Program-made: the position numbers and the translations under genes | Source: Escherichia phage vB_EcoM_LNA4 | Sequence record: MZ311864.1 | Strand: one strand, 5' to 3' | DNA length: 64,000 nt | The notes under the pieces: model-generated | Database searches by the model: none | What the model was told of the DNA's origin: nothing | What the model saw: the letters and a program-made list of their open reading frames with translations, nothing else | Shown here: positions 1-9,024 of the stretch, one piece after another | Numbering within the stretch: position 1 is the stretch's first letter | How the letters are laid out: each line of letters starts with the position of its first letter

Positions 1-629
1 TTTCCTGCGGATAGCCCCTCCAAGAACTTCTTACCGATTAAATACGCATCGGCGTAGTCAGCCTTTCCTGCTGCAAGAGTAACACCGTCTAACCACCCCG
101 GATAGTCGTAATCAACGGCCTTAACCATCATGGCTTTGTCCATCTTAACTTTGGAGCGTGATGATACCATTTTATTCTTCTTTTTGTCAAGCTTTTCCTT
201 AGTTACCCACTGCTCTTCCTCTGGAAGGAGGCTACGGGCAAAAGACTTAACAGAAGTCGGTGCAACAGTATGGATGTTAAAGTATTCAATAAAGTGATTA
301 CCACAACCATCCAAGCTAAGGGCAATGCAGTAGAACAGACCTGCAAGGTCCCTTGTGGCACTACCAATAGACCCAAGACTCAGTGCTTCCATCACATAAT
401 CATCTGGAGAATACTCAGTACACAGTTCATTTATCCTTTTACAGATATGCTCGATCTGCTCATAAACGGTGTCAAAGTAGTAAACTTCCGGGTTTTGCTT
501 TCCCTTGCTCTTGGTAGAACCAGTCCTGATCATCTCCCGATAAATAGGAGTCCCATCACTCCAGATAACAACGGCACAATGGGACAAAGACTGATCAACA
601 GACATCAAAACATAAGGGAACTCACTCAT
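1..629 (-). CDS. RNase H-fold nuclease, RuvC-like putative Holliday-junction resolvase (3' end beyond window start)
   Basis: Minus-strand ORF starting at ATG 629-627, checked codon by codon and open to position 1 (>208 codons). N-terminus MSEFPYVLMSVDQS. with Asp/Glu spacing reminiscent of RuvC. Absent from the supplied ORF track because it has no stop in the window. Confidence 0.3.
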   Translation of the reverse strand, partial: MSEFPYVLMSVDQSLSHCAVVIWSDGTPIYREMIRTGSTKSKGKQNPEVYYFDTVYEQIEHICKRINELCTEYSPDDYVMEALSLGSIGSATRDLAGLFYCIALSLDGCGNHFIEYFNIHTVAPTSVKSFARSLLPEEEQWVTKEKLDKKKNKMVSSRSKVKMDKAMMVKAVDYDYPGWLDGVTLAAGKADYADAYLIGKKFLEGLSAG

Positions 630-927
630 CTTTCCCGTCCACAGCATTCTCACGGAAAAGAACCAAGGAGCACTCAAGGTCACCGTAGGCAACACTTGTC
701 AACAGTAGCAACTTCTCTCCCTCAACAAGCTCACAGTCATTAAGAAGCAGGACTGTAAAGGCCTTATCTGGGTCAATGAAATCGTCTGTGAAGACAACAT
801 AGTCTCCGTGATCGGTTTCCAGCATTCTCCAAATACCTGTTCCGACCATGAACTTAGGTTTCAGAGAAGAAACAGCGAGGGCCTTAGAGTCCCTCATTAC
901 TGCTTCCATGATCATCCCGTCAATCAT
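622..927 (-). CDS. hypothetical protein
   Basis: Track ORF 622..1020 trimmed to the internal ATG at 927, which overlaps the TGA stop of the exonuclease gene (ATGA). Confidence 0.4.
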   Translation of the reverse strand: MIDGMIMEAVMRDSKALAVSSLKPKFMVGTGIWRMLETDHGDYVVFTDDFIDPDKAFTVLLLNDCELVEGEKLLLLTSVAYGDLECSLVLFRENAVDGKDE

Positions 928-2057
928 AAAACCCCCACACGGCGAAGCTCTGTACTCAAGGTGGTGTGATCGTTGGCAGTACGCTTCATATAGACCATCT
1001 GGAAGATGATTGAAGCCCACTGACCAGCACTCATTTTACGATGAGTCCCGTCCCACGAGGTAAACTCCACCCCGTTAGGGAACCAGGTTTTGTACTGGTC
1101 AACAATCGCAGTCCACATATCCTTTTCAGTCTGAAGGTGACCGATCAGGTTGAATGCAGCAGTATCCCCAAAACGCCCGGAGATATCGAATGACTGATAA
1201 GGTTTGATGTTGTCTGAGCTATCACCGCAGAGCATCTGGTAGCCAAAGAACTTACGTCCCCAGCCCTTGACCTTGTTACCTTCCATCCAAATCTCTCCCA
1301 TAGAATCATCAATGATCATTGGGATAGGGTGTTTCCATGTTTTCTCTTCGCTGTCACGCATAGTGTCAAAAAGAAGACCCGGCGTTCCCTTCTGGTCCTT
1401 ATCGAAGGATGCAACCATGTAGTTGAACTTGCCAGTGGCCTGGTAGAACTCCCACCCGGTGTTCATTAGCACAGACAGGTAATCGTCTGCCTCAACGCCG
1501 TCAATCACCTTGGCCTTGTACTTCTTCTTAACATATTCGCGTGTTTCCTGCAACAGCTTAGGACGCAGGGTGTCTTCACGGTTGCCCTTATAACGCTCAG
1601 GTGCCGGAAGTAACAGACGGAAGTTGTTTTCACCACCAAGAACACCCATCCCGTATTGGTTGTCCATTTCAAGGTGTTCAAAGATCGCATTGATCTTAGT
1701 TTTCAGGATGTGCAGGCAGTTTTCAACAGGCTCTGGAGTCTGAATGTCCTCAATCAGGAAGTCATCTCTTCCCCACGGAGTAAATTCACGTCCTTCTGCC
1801 TTTGCCTTGATTTCCATATTGGCGTTCTGGTCTTTCAACCAACCGCCTACCACCCTTTTGGTGGAACCCCAGAATTCTGTTCTGTTTTTGAAGATCTTTT
1901 CCCTGCCAGAAGCAATGTGCGTTGCCTTAATCGTGCGCTTCTCAGCGCCAGCAGCAGACACAAAGCAAGTTTGGTCAAGGTCTAAAGCGATCACACAGTC
2001 ATTCGTGACTTTATTTTTCCAATCTTTATCATACGGATATCCCACTAGCCCTCTCAA
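924..2057 (-). CDS. 5'-3' exonuclease / flap endonuclease (FEN-like)
   Basis: 377-aa ORF with IALDLDQT and GVEADDY acidic motifs typical of the 5'-3' exonuclease family. Confidence 0.55.
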   Translation of the reverse strand: MRGLVGYPYDKDWKNKVTNDCVIALDLDQTCFVSAAGAEKRTIKATHIASGREKIFKNRTEFWGSTKRVVGGWLKDQNANMEIKAKAEGREFTPWGRDDFLIEDIQTPEPVENCLHILKTKINAIFEHLEMDNQYGMGVLGGENNFRLLLPAPERYKGNREDTLRPKLLQETREYVKKKYKAKVIDGVEADDYLSVLMNTGWEFYQATGKFNYMVASFDKDQKGTPGLLFDTMRDSEEKTWKHPIPMIIDDSMGEIWMEGNKVKGWGRKFFGYQMLCGDSSDNIKPYQSFDISGRFGDTAAFNLIGHLQTEKDMWTAIVDQYKTWFPNGVEFTSWDGTHRKMSAGQWASIIFQMVYMKRTANDHTTLSTELRRVGVL

Positions 2058-2545
2058 TCGTTACTCAAATACTCGTCCAAATACCGGACATCCAGTTCCC
2101 ATTCCTCTCGCTTACTCCGTTCATGATACAAGGCAAATGCCTCGCTAACGTACTTCTCTGCGACCTGTCTGGAGACACCGTTCACCTTCATGAAGTGACG
2201 AAGGGCGATCTCTCCTCTTCCACGAATACCAGCAAGGCCGATATGTTTTACTTCGTGACATGACGGGCAGAGCGCGATAAGACCTTTCAGCGTTATCTTA
2301 CCATTACCAAAGTCCCAGATTTCGTGACACTCAACAGGGTGCTTATTCCCTTTACCACCACAAATCTCACATCTGTAATTGGCTTTGGCATAGCATTTCT
2401 TTCTTACGACATCCCATTGGGATTTAGTGAGGTGAGAGCGTAAGTTAGTAAACCAAGCTGTTTTCGGAACCAGTTCAATCTCTAATTTCAATTCACCTCC
2501 ACGAAGCTGCGATAACGACATCAATTGCTCTTTCCCAGCATTCAC
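2054..2545 (-). CDS. HNH-type endonuclease (Cys/His zinc-finger nuclease)
   Basis: CEICGG...HPVECHEIWDF...CPSCHEVKH arrangement; start may be a later Met because of the overlap with the downstream ORF. Confidence 0.45.
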   Translation of the reverse strand: MNAGKEQLMSLSQLRGGELKLEIELVPKTAWFTNLRSHLTKSQWDVVRKKCYAKANYRCEICGGKGNKHPVECHEIWDFGNGKITLKGLIALCPSCHEVKHIGLAGIRGRGEIALRHFMKVNGVSRQVAEKYVSEAFALYHERSKREEWELDVRYLDEYLSND

Positions 2546-3005
2546 CGAGAAGATTTAATCCTTGCCAGTTGGCAGGATCATCAATGCGTGTATCATATTC
2601 ATTCATTTTAACTCCCCAGATTGCGTCATATGGGGATGCCTCTACAAAGCGACGACCAGCATCTCTGTGGGTCAGTGCTGCCTCAAGGATGGATCGATTC
2701 GCCTTCATTTTCAGAACAAGACCGTTTGTTACAATGTCCATCCGGTTTTCTTCCCAGACACTATTGTCAAAGTCCCTGACTTTACGGCCCAGCGCTTTTG
2801 CCTCATTTGGATTATTAACCGTGGCAATACGTGCAGCAATCTCTTTATCATCAAAGAGCATTGCTTTCTGGAACATCATAAAGTGCTCAACCGTGAAGAA
2901 TTCATAGCCACCACAACGGATAGGGATTACCTGACGGAAGTGGTTGCTGAACATATCACGGTAAGTGAAGAAGAAAACATGCTTATCAGTTATTCTCATC
3001 ACCAA
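2493..3005 (-). CDS. NADAR (YbiA-like) domain protein
   Basis: MFSNHF, EHFMMFQKA, DAIWG and NLLGECWERA motifs resemble the YbiA/NADAR family. Confidence 0.6.
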   Translation of the reverse strand: MVMRITDKHVFFFTYRDMFSNHFRQVIPIRCGGYEFFTVEHFMMFQKAMLFDDKEIAARIATVNNPNEAKALGRKVRDFDNSVWEENRMDIVTNGLVLKMKANRSILEAALTHRDAGRRFVEASPYDAIWGVKMNEYDTRIDDPANWQGLNLLGECWERAIDVVIAASWR

Positions 3006-3010
3006 ACCTC

Positions 3011-3205
3011 TTAGTGGAATGTCTTTTTAGACGGACATGAACCAGCACCTTCTTTCACAACGCTCTCGGTACGATTACCGTCGCTGTAGATGCAGACTTT
3101 GGAGCTTCCATCAGTGTATTCATCCACCAAAGAAAGTGTGTTGACTGTGGCGAATGCCTGGGAAGAGAGCAGCGCTGCTGCTAAAAGAATTGTTGTGCGG
3201 ATCAT
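3011..3205 (-). CDS. small secreted protein
   Basis: 64-aa ORF with N-terminal signal-peptide-like segment MIRTTILLAAALLSSQAFA. Confidence 0.4.
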   Translation of the reverse strand: MIRTTILLAAALLSSQAFATVNTLSLVDEYTDGSSKVCIYSDGNRTESVVKEGAGSCPSKKTFH

Positions 3206-3268
3206 TTTGTATCTCCTTTATTAAGTTGAGACCCGATAATAATCTATCACCGGGCCTTTTGTCAACTC

Positions 3269-4159
3269 TTATTTACCTGCTGGCAGGGTAACGAATGGGG
3301 TCTGAGAGCCGCTGGTCATGTAGACTGGGGTCACACCGTTCCACTTGTTAATTGCTTCCAGTTGCATAATCTCTGGGTTTTTGCGGAGAGAATCACCACG
3401 AAGTTGGATGGATTCTGCTTCACCTTTTGCCAGCGCTACTTTAGCATCGGCTTCACCCTGAGCTTGCAGTCGCTTAGATTCAGCTTCACCGCGAGCGGCT
3501 TCGATCTGTTTCTGAGCTTCAGCTTTGGTCTGCTGGATTTCGTTTTCACGCAGCAGTGCTTTCTGAGTCGCTTCGATCTTCGCGTTGATGGACGCTGTTA
3601 CCTGTGGTGGGTAACGCAGGTCATCAGTGTAAGACAGTTTCACGATCACGATACCAATTGGGTCAAGTTTCGCTTTCAGCGTTTTCGTCACACGATCCAG
3701 AAGCTGAGATTTACCATCACCAGCCAGCGTACCGATATCCATCGTACCCGCTTCTTTGATCAGTGCATCAGAGATGTTCTGACGAATGTTTACATCAGTG
3801 ATTTCCTGAACACCTTTACGGTAAGTCTGGAAGATCTTGGTGACCTTAGAGCGGTCAACGTAGTATTCAACACCAACCTTCGCAGAGACTGTCATGGAGT
3901 CTTTGGTCTGGAAGTTAAACGGCTGGTCGTAGTTGTTCAACTGATTGAACGTTGGGAACTGATAGATCTCTTCGTTCCATGTCAGCCAATATTTACCAAC
4001 ACCGACTTCCTGTTGCTGAACGCCCTTCTCATCGCCGTACAGGTCAACCTTGACACCAACGTAACCTGCCGGGACGGTTGCACGTTCACAACCTGTCAGG
4101 CCAATTGCACCCAGAGCGATCAGGCCAGCGAAAACTACACGTTTGATATTCTTAAGCAT
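3269..4159 (-). CDS. SPFH/band-7 (prohibitin-like) lipoprotein
   Basis: Lipobox LTGC after a signal sequence, then an SPFH-like domain and an Ala/Glu/Gln-rich coiled coil. Confidence 0.5.
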   Translation of the reverse strand: MLKNIKRVVFAGLIALGAIGLTGCERATVPAGYVGVKVDLYGDEKGVQQQEVGVGKYWLTWNEEIYQFPTFNQLNNYDQPFNFQTKDSMTVSAKVGVEYYVDRSKVTKIFQTYRKGVQEITDVNIRQNISDALIKEAGTMDIGTLAGDGKSQLLDRVTKTLKAKLDPIGIVIVKLSYTDDLRYPPQVTASINAKIEATQKALLRENEIQQTKAEAQKQIEAARGEAESKRLQAQGEADAKVALAKGEAESIQLRGDSLRKNPEIMQLEAINKWNGVTPVYMTSGSQTPFVTLPAGK

Positions 4160-4299
4160 TGGTTTGGTTCTCCTCTTTGATTTTGTATTCAGTTTTTACA
4201 GTTTGGTCAACGTGATCGTCAACAATTTTCGCTACCAAGGCAGCGGCAGACTTATTTCTGGACCGGGCCAGATGCTGCAACTTTTCCCAGGTAGATGCT

Positions 4300-4503
4300 T
4301 TAAGATTTAGTAGCATCTAAGCCTCCACGTTTAAAGAACACTTTACGGACCCAATACCACACAACCGCCGGGGCTGAGAACACCAGGGCGAAACCGCCGA
4401 TAACGCCCAGTGTATCTTTAGCAGAAACTAAAGTTGGTACTGCGAACCCGAAGATGAAGCAAAGGAAAACAAATAAGCCAACACCATTCAGGTAATATTT
4501 CAT
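4300..4503 (-). CDS. small membrane protein
   Basis: 67-aa ORF with two hydrophobic helices. Confidence 0.4.
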   Translation of the reverse strand: MKYYLNGVGLFVFLCFIFGFAVPTLVSAKDTLGVIGGFALVFSAPAVVWYWVRKVFFKRGGLDATKS

Positions 4504-4838
4504 TATTGAGCACCTTCCGCAGCGGCTGGTTTGCCACGACCAAACAGAATATCTGCTTCGGTCATCTGCTCAACCTGCTCCTCAAGGTTTTTACGCTTTT
4601 TACCAGCCTGATACTGACGGTCAAACTCTGCTGCTACCAGCGTTTTGATGAATTTAGGATCGTAGTTGTGGCTGTCCTTTTCTACCGCAACGATGTCCTT
4701 GAACTGGCTCGCCGCATCTTTCTGGGCGATCTTCGCATCAACACCTTCCTGAATTACTTTCTTCAGGCGATCACGCTCTACTGGGTCAGAAGGCAGGGTG
4801 TTTTTCAGTTCTACTTTGATTTTAGGCATACGTGGCAT
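4503..4838 (-). CDS. hypothetical protein
   Basis: 111-aa ORF in the co-directional minus-strand gene string. Confidence 0.4.
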   Translation of the reverse strand: MPRMPKIKVELKNTLPSDPVERDRLKKVIQEGVDAKIAQKDAASQFKDIVAVEKDSHNYDPKFIKTLVAAEFDRQYQAGKKRKNLEEQVEQMTEADILFGRGKPAAAEGAQ

Positions 4839-4906
4839 AGTTTTGTTTCTCCTCTGTTTGTTTAGTCTGTTCAGTATAACTACTTAATTCTTTTTGTCAA
4901 ACACTT

Positions 4907-5152
4907 TTAATCAATGCCGACAATCTTTCCACCAGAACGCTCAATCTGAGCAATATACGCATCCAGTGTTCCGAGTGTACACTCATAGGCGTACTTCTTC
5001 TCACCACCCCAACGACGCTTCATTGTGAAGCGAATCACGTATTTTCTACGCGGCAATGGAGACACCGAGCTTTGGTCAATGCTGATTTTAACATTCAAAC
5101 GCTTTGCCAGTTCACGGAGGTCACTAAAGACCTTTTCAACATCTTCGTTCAC
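4907..5152 (-). CDS. hypothetical protein
   Basis: 81-aa ORF in the minus-strand gene string. Confidence 0.35.
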   Translation of the reverse strand: MNEDVEKVFSDLRELAKRLNVKISIDQSSVSPLPRRKYVIRFTMKRRWGGEKKYAYECTLGTLDAYIAQIERSGGKIVGID

Positions 5153-5206
5153 TTATTTCTCCTCTCTGTCTTGATAGGGGTCATTATACAGACCCCTTAT
5201 TCATTG

Positions 5207-5896
5207 TCAAGCAATAATTTTCGGACTTTCGAAAGTGCTTGGCTTCATGATCTTGCCATTGTTGTCGAAGAACACAAGGCGCGGATCTGTCGAGCTAGGG
5301 TCTTTGGCATTATACACCTTATGGCATCTAACACCAGAGTAACGACCATTAGACCTGTCCTCAATTGCTTTGCACTCCAGACGAAGAGCTTCATTATGCT
5401 CTTTATCAGGCCATAGGGCAAGAACATCCTGAAGATACGGATACTTCGTATCGTTAGAGTGTAAAACCTGCTGCATGTTGTAGTCAAGATTAATATCAAG
5501 ACGATAGCACAATGCAGTCACCAGCTTCAGTACATAAACAGGATCTTGCATGTTGCCATACAGGTTGTGTTCAAGATCACCAATGGTAAACGTCAATGTT
5601 GGTGAAGGAGTACAAGCCTCACGAAGATACTCAGGGCTTTTCAACTGACAAGCATATGAGGCCACAACAAAGAGATCACAGGCAGCATCAATAGTTTCAA
5701 TGCGATCTCCAACACGGAGTGCATCAACAAGTTCGTTGAATTCTTCGCGAATAAAGCCCCATTGCAGATCAAATGGTGTTGCTACATTGTTCCGAGCACG
5801 ATATGCAACATGGTTCCATTCAATCACATGCTCCGCGTATGCGTACAGATCTGATGGTTTTGTCATCGCTAAAAGTGTTTCGTAAACCTTACTCAT
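5207..5896 (-). CDS. hypothetical protein (possible all-alpha NTP pyrophosphohydrolase)
   Basis: 229-aa ORF; REEFNELVDAL...IDAACDL segment loosely resembles MazG-type EExxE/D motifs (weak). Confidence 0.3.
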   Translation of the reverse strand: MSKVYETLLAMTKPSDLYAYAEHVIEWNHVAYRARNNVATPFDLQWGFIREEFNELVDALRVGDRIETIDAACDLFVVASYACQLKSPEYLREACTPSPTLTFTIGDLEHNLYGNMQDPVYVLKLVTALCYRLDINLDYNMQQVLHSNDTKYPYLQDVLALWPDKEHNEALRLECKAIEDRSNGRYSGVRCHKVYNAKDPSSTDPRLVFFDNNGKIMKPSTFESPKIIA

Positions 5897-5905
5897 TGAT
5901 TCTCC

Positions 5906-6277
5906 TTAATTAATTACATCTGTTGCGTGATCACCTTCCGGTTGGTCACGAATAATTCTTAATGGCAAAAGAGCGCCGTTCTTAGCTACGAACAGGCATT
6001 TGTCGCCATATGTCCCATTCTTGTACCAAGAATAAGAAGTGTTAACCTTGTAGGCCATGCCGTCGAATTGACAGGTCATGGTGTTCCACAACGGTTTGGT
6101 AAGGGCCAGCGTTACCAGGCCCAACACAACAGCCCAAATCAACAGCATACGTTTCACCTTTCCCTGAATCCAGTCAATGAAATCGTCAAGCTTGTCTTTC
6201 CGGAAACGGTAGGCGATATAAATACCGCCCCCGGTTAACAGTGTTGCTCCAAAGAGCGCCAGCCAATACCAGATCAT
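5906..6277 (-). CDS. membrane protein
   Basis: 123-aa ORF with N-terminal hydrophobic helices. Confidence 0.4.
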   Translation of the reverse strand: MIWYWLALFGATLLTGGGIYIAYRFRKDKLDDFIDWIQGKVKRMLLIWAVVLGLVTLALTKPLWNTMTCQFDGMAYKVNTSYSWYKNGTYGDKCLFVAKNGALLPLRIIRDQPEGDHATDVIN

Positions 6278-6741
6278 TATGCACGTACCTCTGTTACCTT
6301 CACGGTTGCTTCACCGCGAAGCTGGATGTTAGAACCATCATCGAGAGTGAGAATGATATCGTCGCCACTGATTTTGTGACCCTTAACGACATAATCTTTA
6401 CCCCACATCTCTACCTTATCGCCCATCACGACATTTTTCGCCTTGTAATCACCAGGCAGGCGATCTTCATCGCTAACCGCTTCGTAAAGGTCGCTAAAAG
6501 CCTGTGGAGACATTGCTGTGAACTGATCGCCCACCTTTACAATGTAATCGCCTGGAAACGCCTGAACGCCGTTAACGTCCATATTTCGGATATCCCGTGT
6601 ATGGATCTCAGAATCTTTCCATACCCCGGTCTCGATCCACTTGGTCACTTGACCAACCCCGGTGCTAGACCCATTGAATACGTGTGCTTCAACCTCTTGA
6701 GGTTTACGACTATAGAATCCCATTAGTAGACTGGCTCCCAT
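6277..6741 (-). CDS. hypothetical protein
   Basis: 154-aa ORF, stop/start abutting its neighbours. Confidence 0.4.
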   Translation of the reverse strand: MGASLLMGFYSRKPQEVEAHVFNGSSTGVGQVTKWIETGVWKDSEIHTRDIRNMDVNGVQAFPGDYIVKVGDQFTAMSPQAFSDLYEAVSDEDRLPGDYKAKNVVMGDKVEMWGKDYVVKGHKISGDDIILTLDDGSNIQLRGEATVKVTEVRA

Positions 6742-8027
6742 GTTAATGTGTTAAGTTCACGTACACTCTGCCCCACTGGGAACTGAGGTACACCATCATC
6801 AGTACGCGACTGGAATGTAAAGTTGATGAAACCACCAACCAACAGCAACATCTTCGCCTGAGAACGTTCTGCGTGTGTGCCTTTCATTTTACAGTTGAAT
6901 CGTGTTCCGTCCTGTTCTTCGCAAAGCAGAACACCTTCACCATTTTTGTCCTCTACAGAATCAAGGACTTTGGCCTCACCGTCCTGGAACAGCTTCCATT
7001 TCTGGAGATCAGTGGATCGCTGCCCGAACTCATATTTACCTTTGAAGTTTCGGATGATAACACCCTCAAACCCGGCTTCCATGTAATAACCGATAAAGCG
7101 TTTCACAGATGCTTCGTCTTTCACGAACTCGCCATGAACGATAGCAATCTTAGGAACATCAATCTCACATTCTACAGCTTCAGCCACAGCATTAAGATCA
7201 GCCATACGGGTTTGATCATGATCCTGAGAGTGCCAAGGACTGTGTGCATTCACTGGAATATCAAAGATATGATACTCAAGGTCAAGACTCGAATAACCGC
7301 TATAACGATCAACATCCTTCACAGGTTTATACGTTGAAACAGCCCACACGTTACCGTCAAAGTCTTTCCAGAGGTGTTCCCCTGCTGCAACCGCCTTGTT
7401 GTAACGCTTGATATCTGCTTGATAATCTTTTTCGATCTCAGCTTCAATCTGCTCAGGTGTACGCCACTTCTTAGCGAGAGCAACAATCTTCTGTAGACTC
7501 AGGCCATGAATATACAGTTCCCCATCGAACTTGTCAAACCCGGAATGCTCTGCAAGTTCTTTAACCTGTTGCAAAAGAGCACCCTGCACTGGATACGTCT
7601 TATTACCACGGCTATTGAACACTGGAATGCCGTCCTTGTCAAGCGTGACAAGAGCACGAACGCCGTCGAGCTTTGGCTGCACATAGGCAGGATAAACGAT
7701 AGCTGAAAATCGTTTGATCGCATCATGCGCCAGCATAGGAGAGAAGTTCTCTTCCGTCTGCAACTCTTCCTTAGTCTCACGATAACCTAAACGGACTTGC
7801 TTTTCCCATTTGGATCTTGCTTCAAGAACCGCTTGGAATACGGCAGTAGTCTCATTGGAACGGCCAATGTTTTTCATTTCACACTTGGTACGCTTTTGTT
7901 GAATCTTTCCGTTTTCCTTACCGAAAGAAACGACAACCTCATCACCTTCTGTGGTTACATTCCAAACTTGGTACGATCCGTCTTTGTTGAGAGCGTACAG
8001 TGTTGGTGTGTCTAAACTAATTGACAT
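6723..8027 (-). CDS. ATP-dependent DNA ligase
   Basis: KLDGVR adenylation motif I, EGVIIRN motif IV and LQKWK motif V in a 434-aa protein. Confidence 0.7.
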   Translation of the reverse strand: MSISLDTPTLYALNKDGSYQVWNVTTEGDEVVVSFGKENGKIQQKRTKCEMKNIGRSNETTAVFQAVLEARSKWEKQVRLGYRETKEELQTEENFSPMLAHDAIKRFSAIVYPAYVQPKLDGVRALVTLDKDGIPVFNSRGNKTYPVQGALLQQVKELAEHSGFDKFDGELYIHGLSLQKIVALAKKWRTPEQIEAEIEKDYQADIKRYNKAVAAGEHLWKDFDGNVWAVSTYKPVKDVDRYSGYSSLDLEYHIFDIPVNAHSPWHSQDHDQTRMADLNAVAEAVECEIDVPKIAIVHGEFVKDEASVKRFIGYYMEAGFEGVIIRNFKGKYEFGQRSTDLQKWKLFQDGEAKVLDSVEDKNGEGVLLCEEQDGTRFNCKMKGTHAERSQAKMLLLVGGFINFTFQSRTDDGVPQFPVGQSVRELNTLTWEPVY

Positions 8028-8803
8028 TATTTCTCCTTCTTCTGTAAAGGCGTTTTTCCTTCAAGGTGGTCTTCAACCATCTTGATTAAACCGGGATTGC
8101 TGAAAGCATCAACAGCACCTGTACGATAAACGATAACACCCGCATCTTCATACATCAACTGCTCATCATAGCGAACACCGGGGTTAACAACCACCACCTT
8201 TGTTCCTCTCATGACAGCAGGGAAAAGTTCCCAGTTGAAGTTGATCACTGTGTTTGAACATCCAACCACAATCACCATATCCTCAGATGTCAAGCTGTCC
8301 AAGGTTGAGTATAGCTGCCCGTATGCAGGCGCAGTTTCACCAAAAAAGATAACGTTAGGCTTACACCAACCATAATCATCTGGGTCAATCTGCTCATAAC
8401 CAACATCAATGATCTTTTTAGGTGATCCAGCCTCAGTCTCAATCACCAACTCTTTCAGATAACCATGAATATAAAGCGTATCTTCTTTAGGAACACCTGC
8501 ACGTTCCAATAGATCATCAACGTTAGTTGTCAAGTTAATAACCTGGTTCGGATAGTTTTTATACCACTCTGCCACACGCATATGTGCAGCATTAGGATGC
8601 ACAGTTTGCAGTTCTGCACGACGCTTGTTATAAAAGGTGTGCGTCTTATGGTAAAAATTACCACGAAAGGCATGAATGTTGCAGACCTCTTCAAGGTCAT
8701 ACTCATCCCACAAGGCCTTACCGGAGTCGGTGTCAGTACGGAATGTACGAACACCGCTCTCAGCAGAGAAACCAGCACCACTAATTACATATAAACGCCT
8801 CAT
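8027..8803 (-). CDS. Sir2-family (sirtuin-like) NAD-dependent protein
   Basis: GAGFSAESGVRTFR, TTNVDDLLERAG and IHG motifs match Sir2 NAD-binding and catalytic signatures. Confidence 0.6.
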   Translation of the reverse strand: MRRLYVISGAGFSAESGVRTFRTDTDSGKALWDEYDLEEVCNIHAFRGNFYHKTHTFYNKRRAELQTVHPNAAHMRVAEWYKNYPNQVINLTTNVDDLLERAGVPKEDTLYIHGYLKELVIETEAGSPKKIIDVGYEQIDPDDYGWCKPNVIFFGETAPAYGQLYSTLDSLTSEDMVIVVGCSNTVINFNWELFPAVMRGTKVVVVNPGVRYDEQLMYEDAGVIVYRTGAVDAFSNPGLIKMVEDHLEGKTPLQKKEK

Positions 8804-9018
8804 GGATTAACCACCTCGCTAATAGCCCTCATTGCCCCATTATGGCCTTGGCAACGCTCATCAATACCTTTCATGTAGCAAATTTTACTTGCAACACGAT
8901 AGTTAGCGAACTGCCAAGCCTGCCATGCTGCTGTTTTCGCAGCGGGTTCTTCCCACGGGTGGGCGAGAGAGTTCCACCAATTTTCGAACTCAACCCACTG
9001 CATGTTTTCTTTGTTCAT
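8800..9018 (-). CDS. hypothetical protein
   Basis: 72-aa ORF overlapping the Sir2 start by 4 nt. Confidence 0.35.
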   Translation of the reverse strand: MNKENMQWVEFENWWNSLAHPWEEPAAKTAAWQAWQFANYRVASKICYMKGIDERCQGHNGAMRAISEVVNP

Positions 9019-9024
9019 TATTCC

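Noticed and set aside
270-743. Plus-strand 157-aa ORF at the left end
   Set aside because: It lies entirely antisense to two well-supported minus-strand genes (1-629 and 622-927) in a region where every gene is leftward, and has no ribosome-binding site; most likely a shadow ORF.
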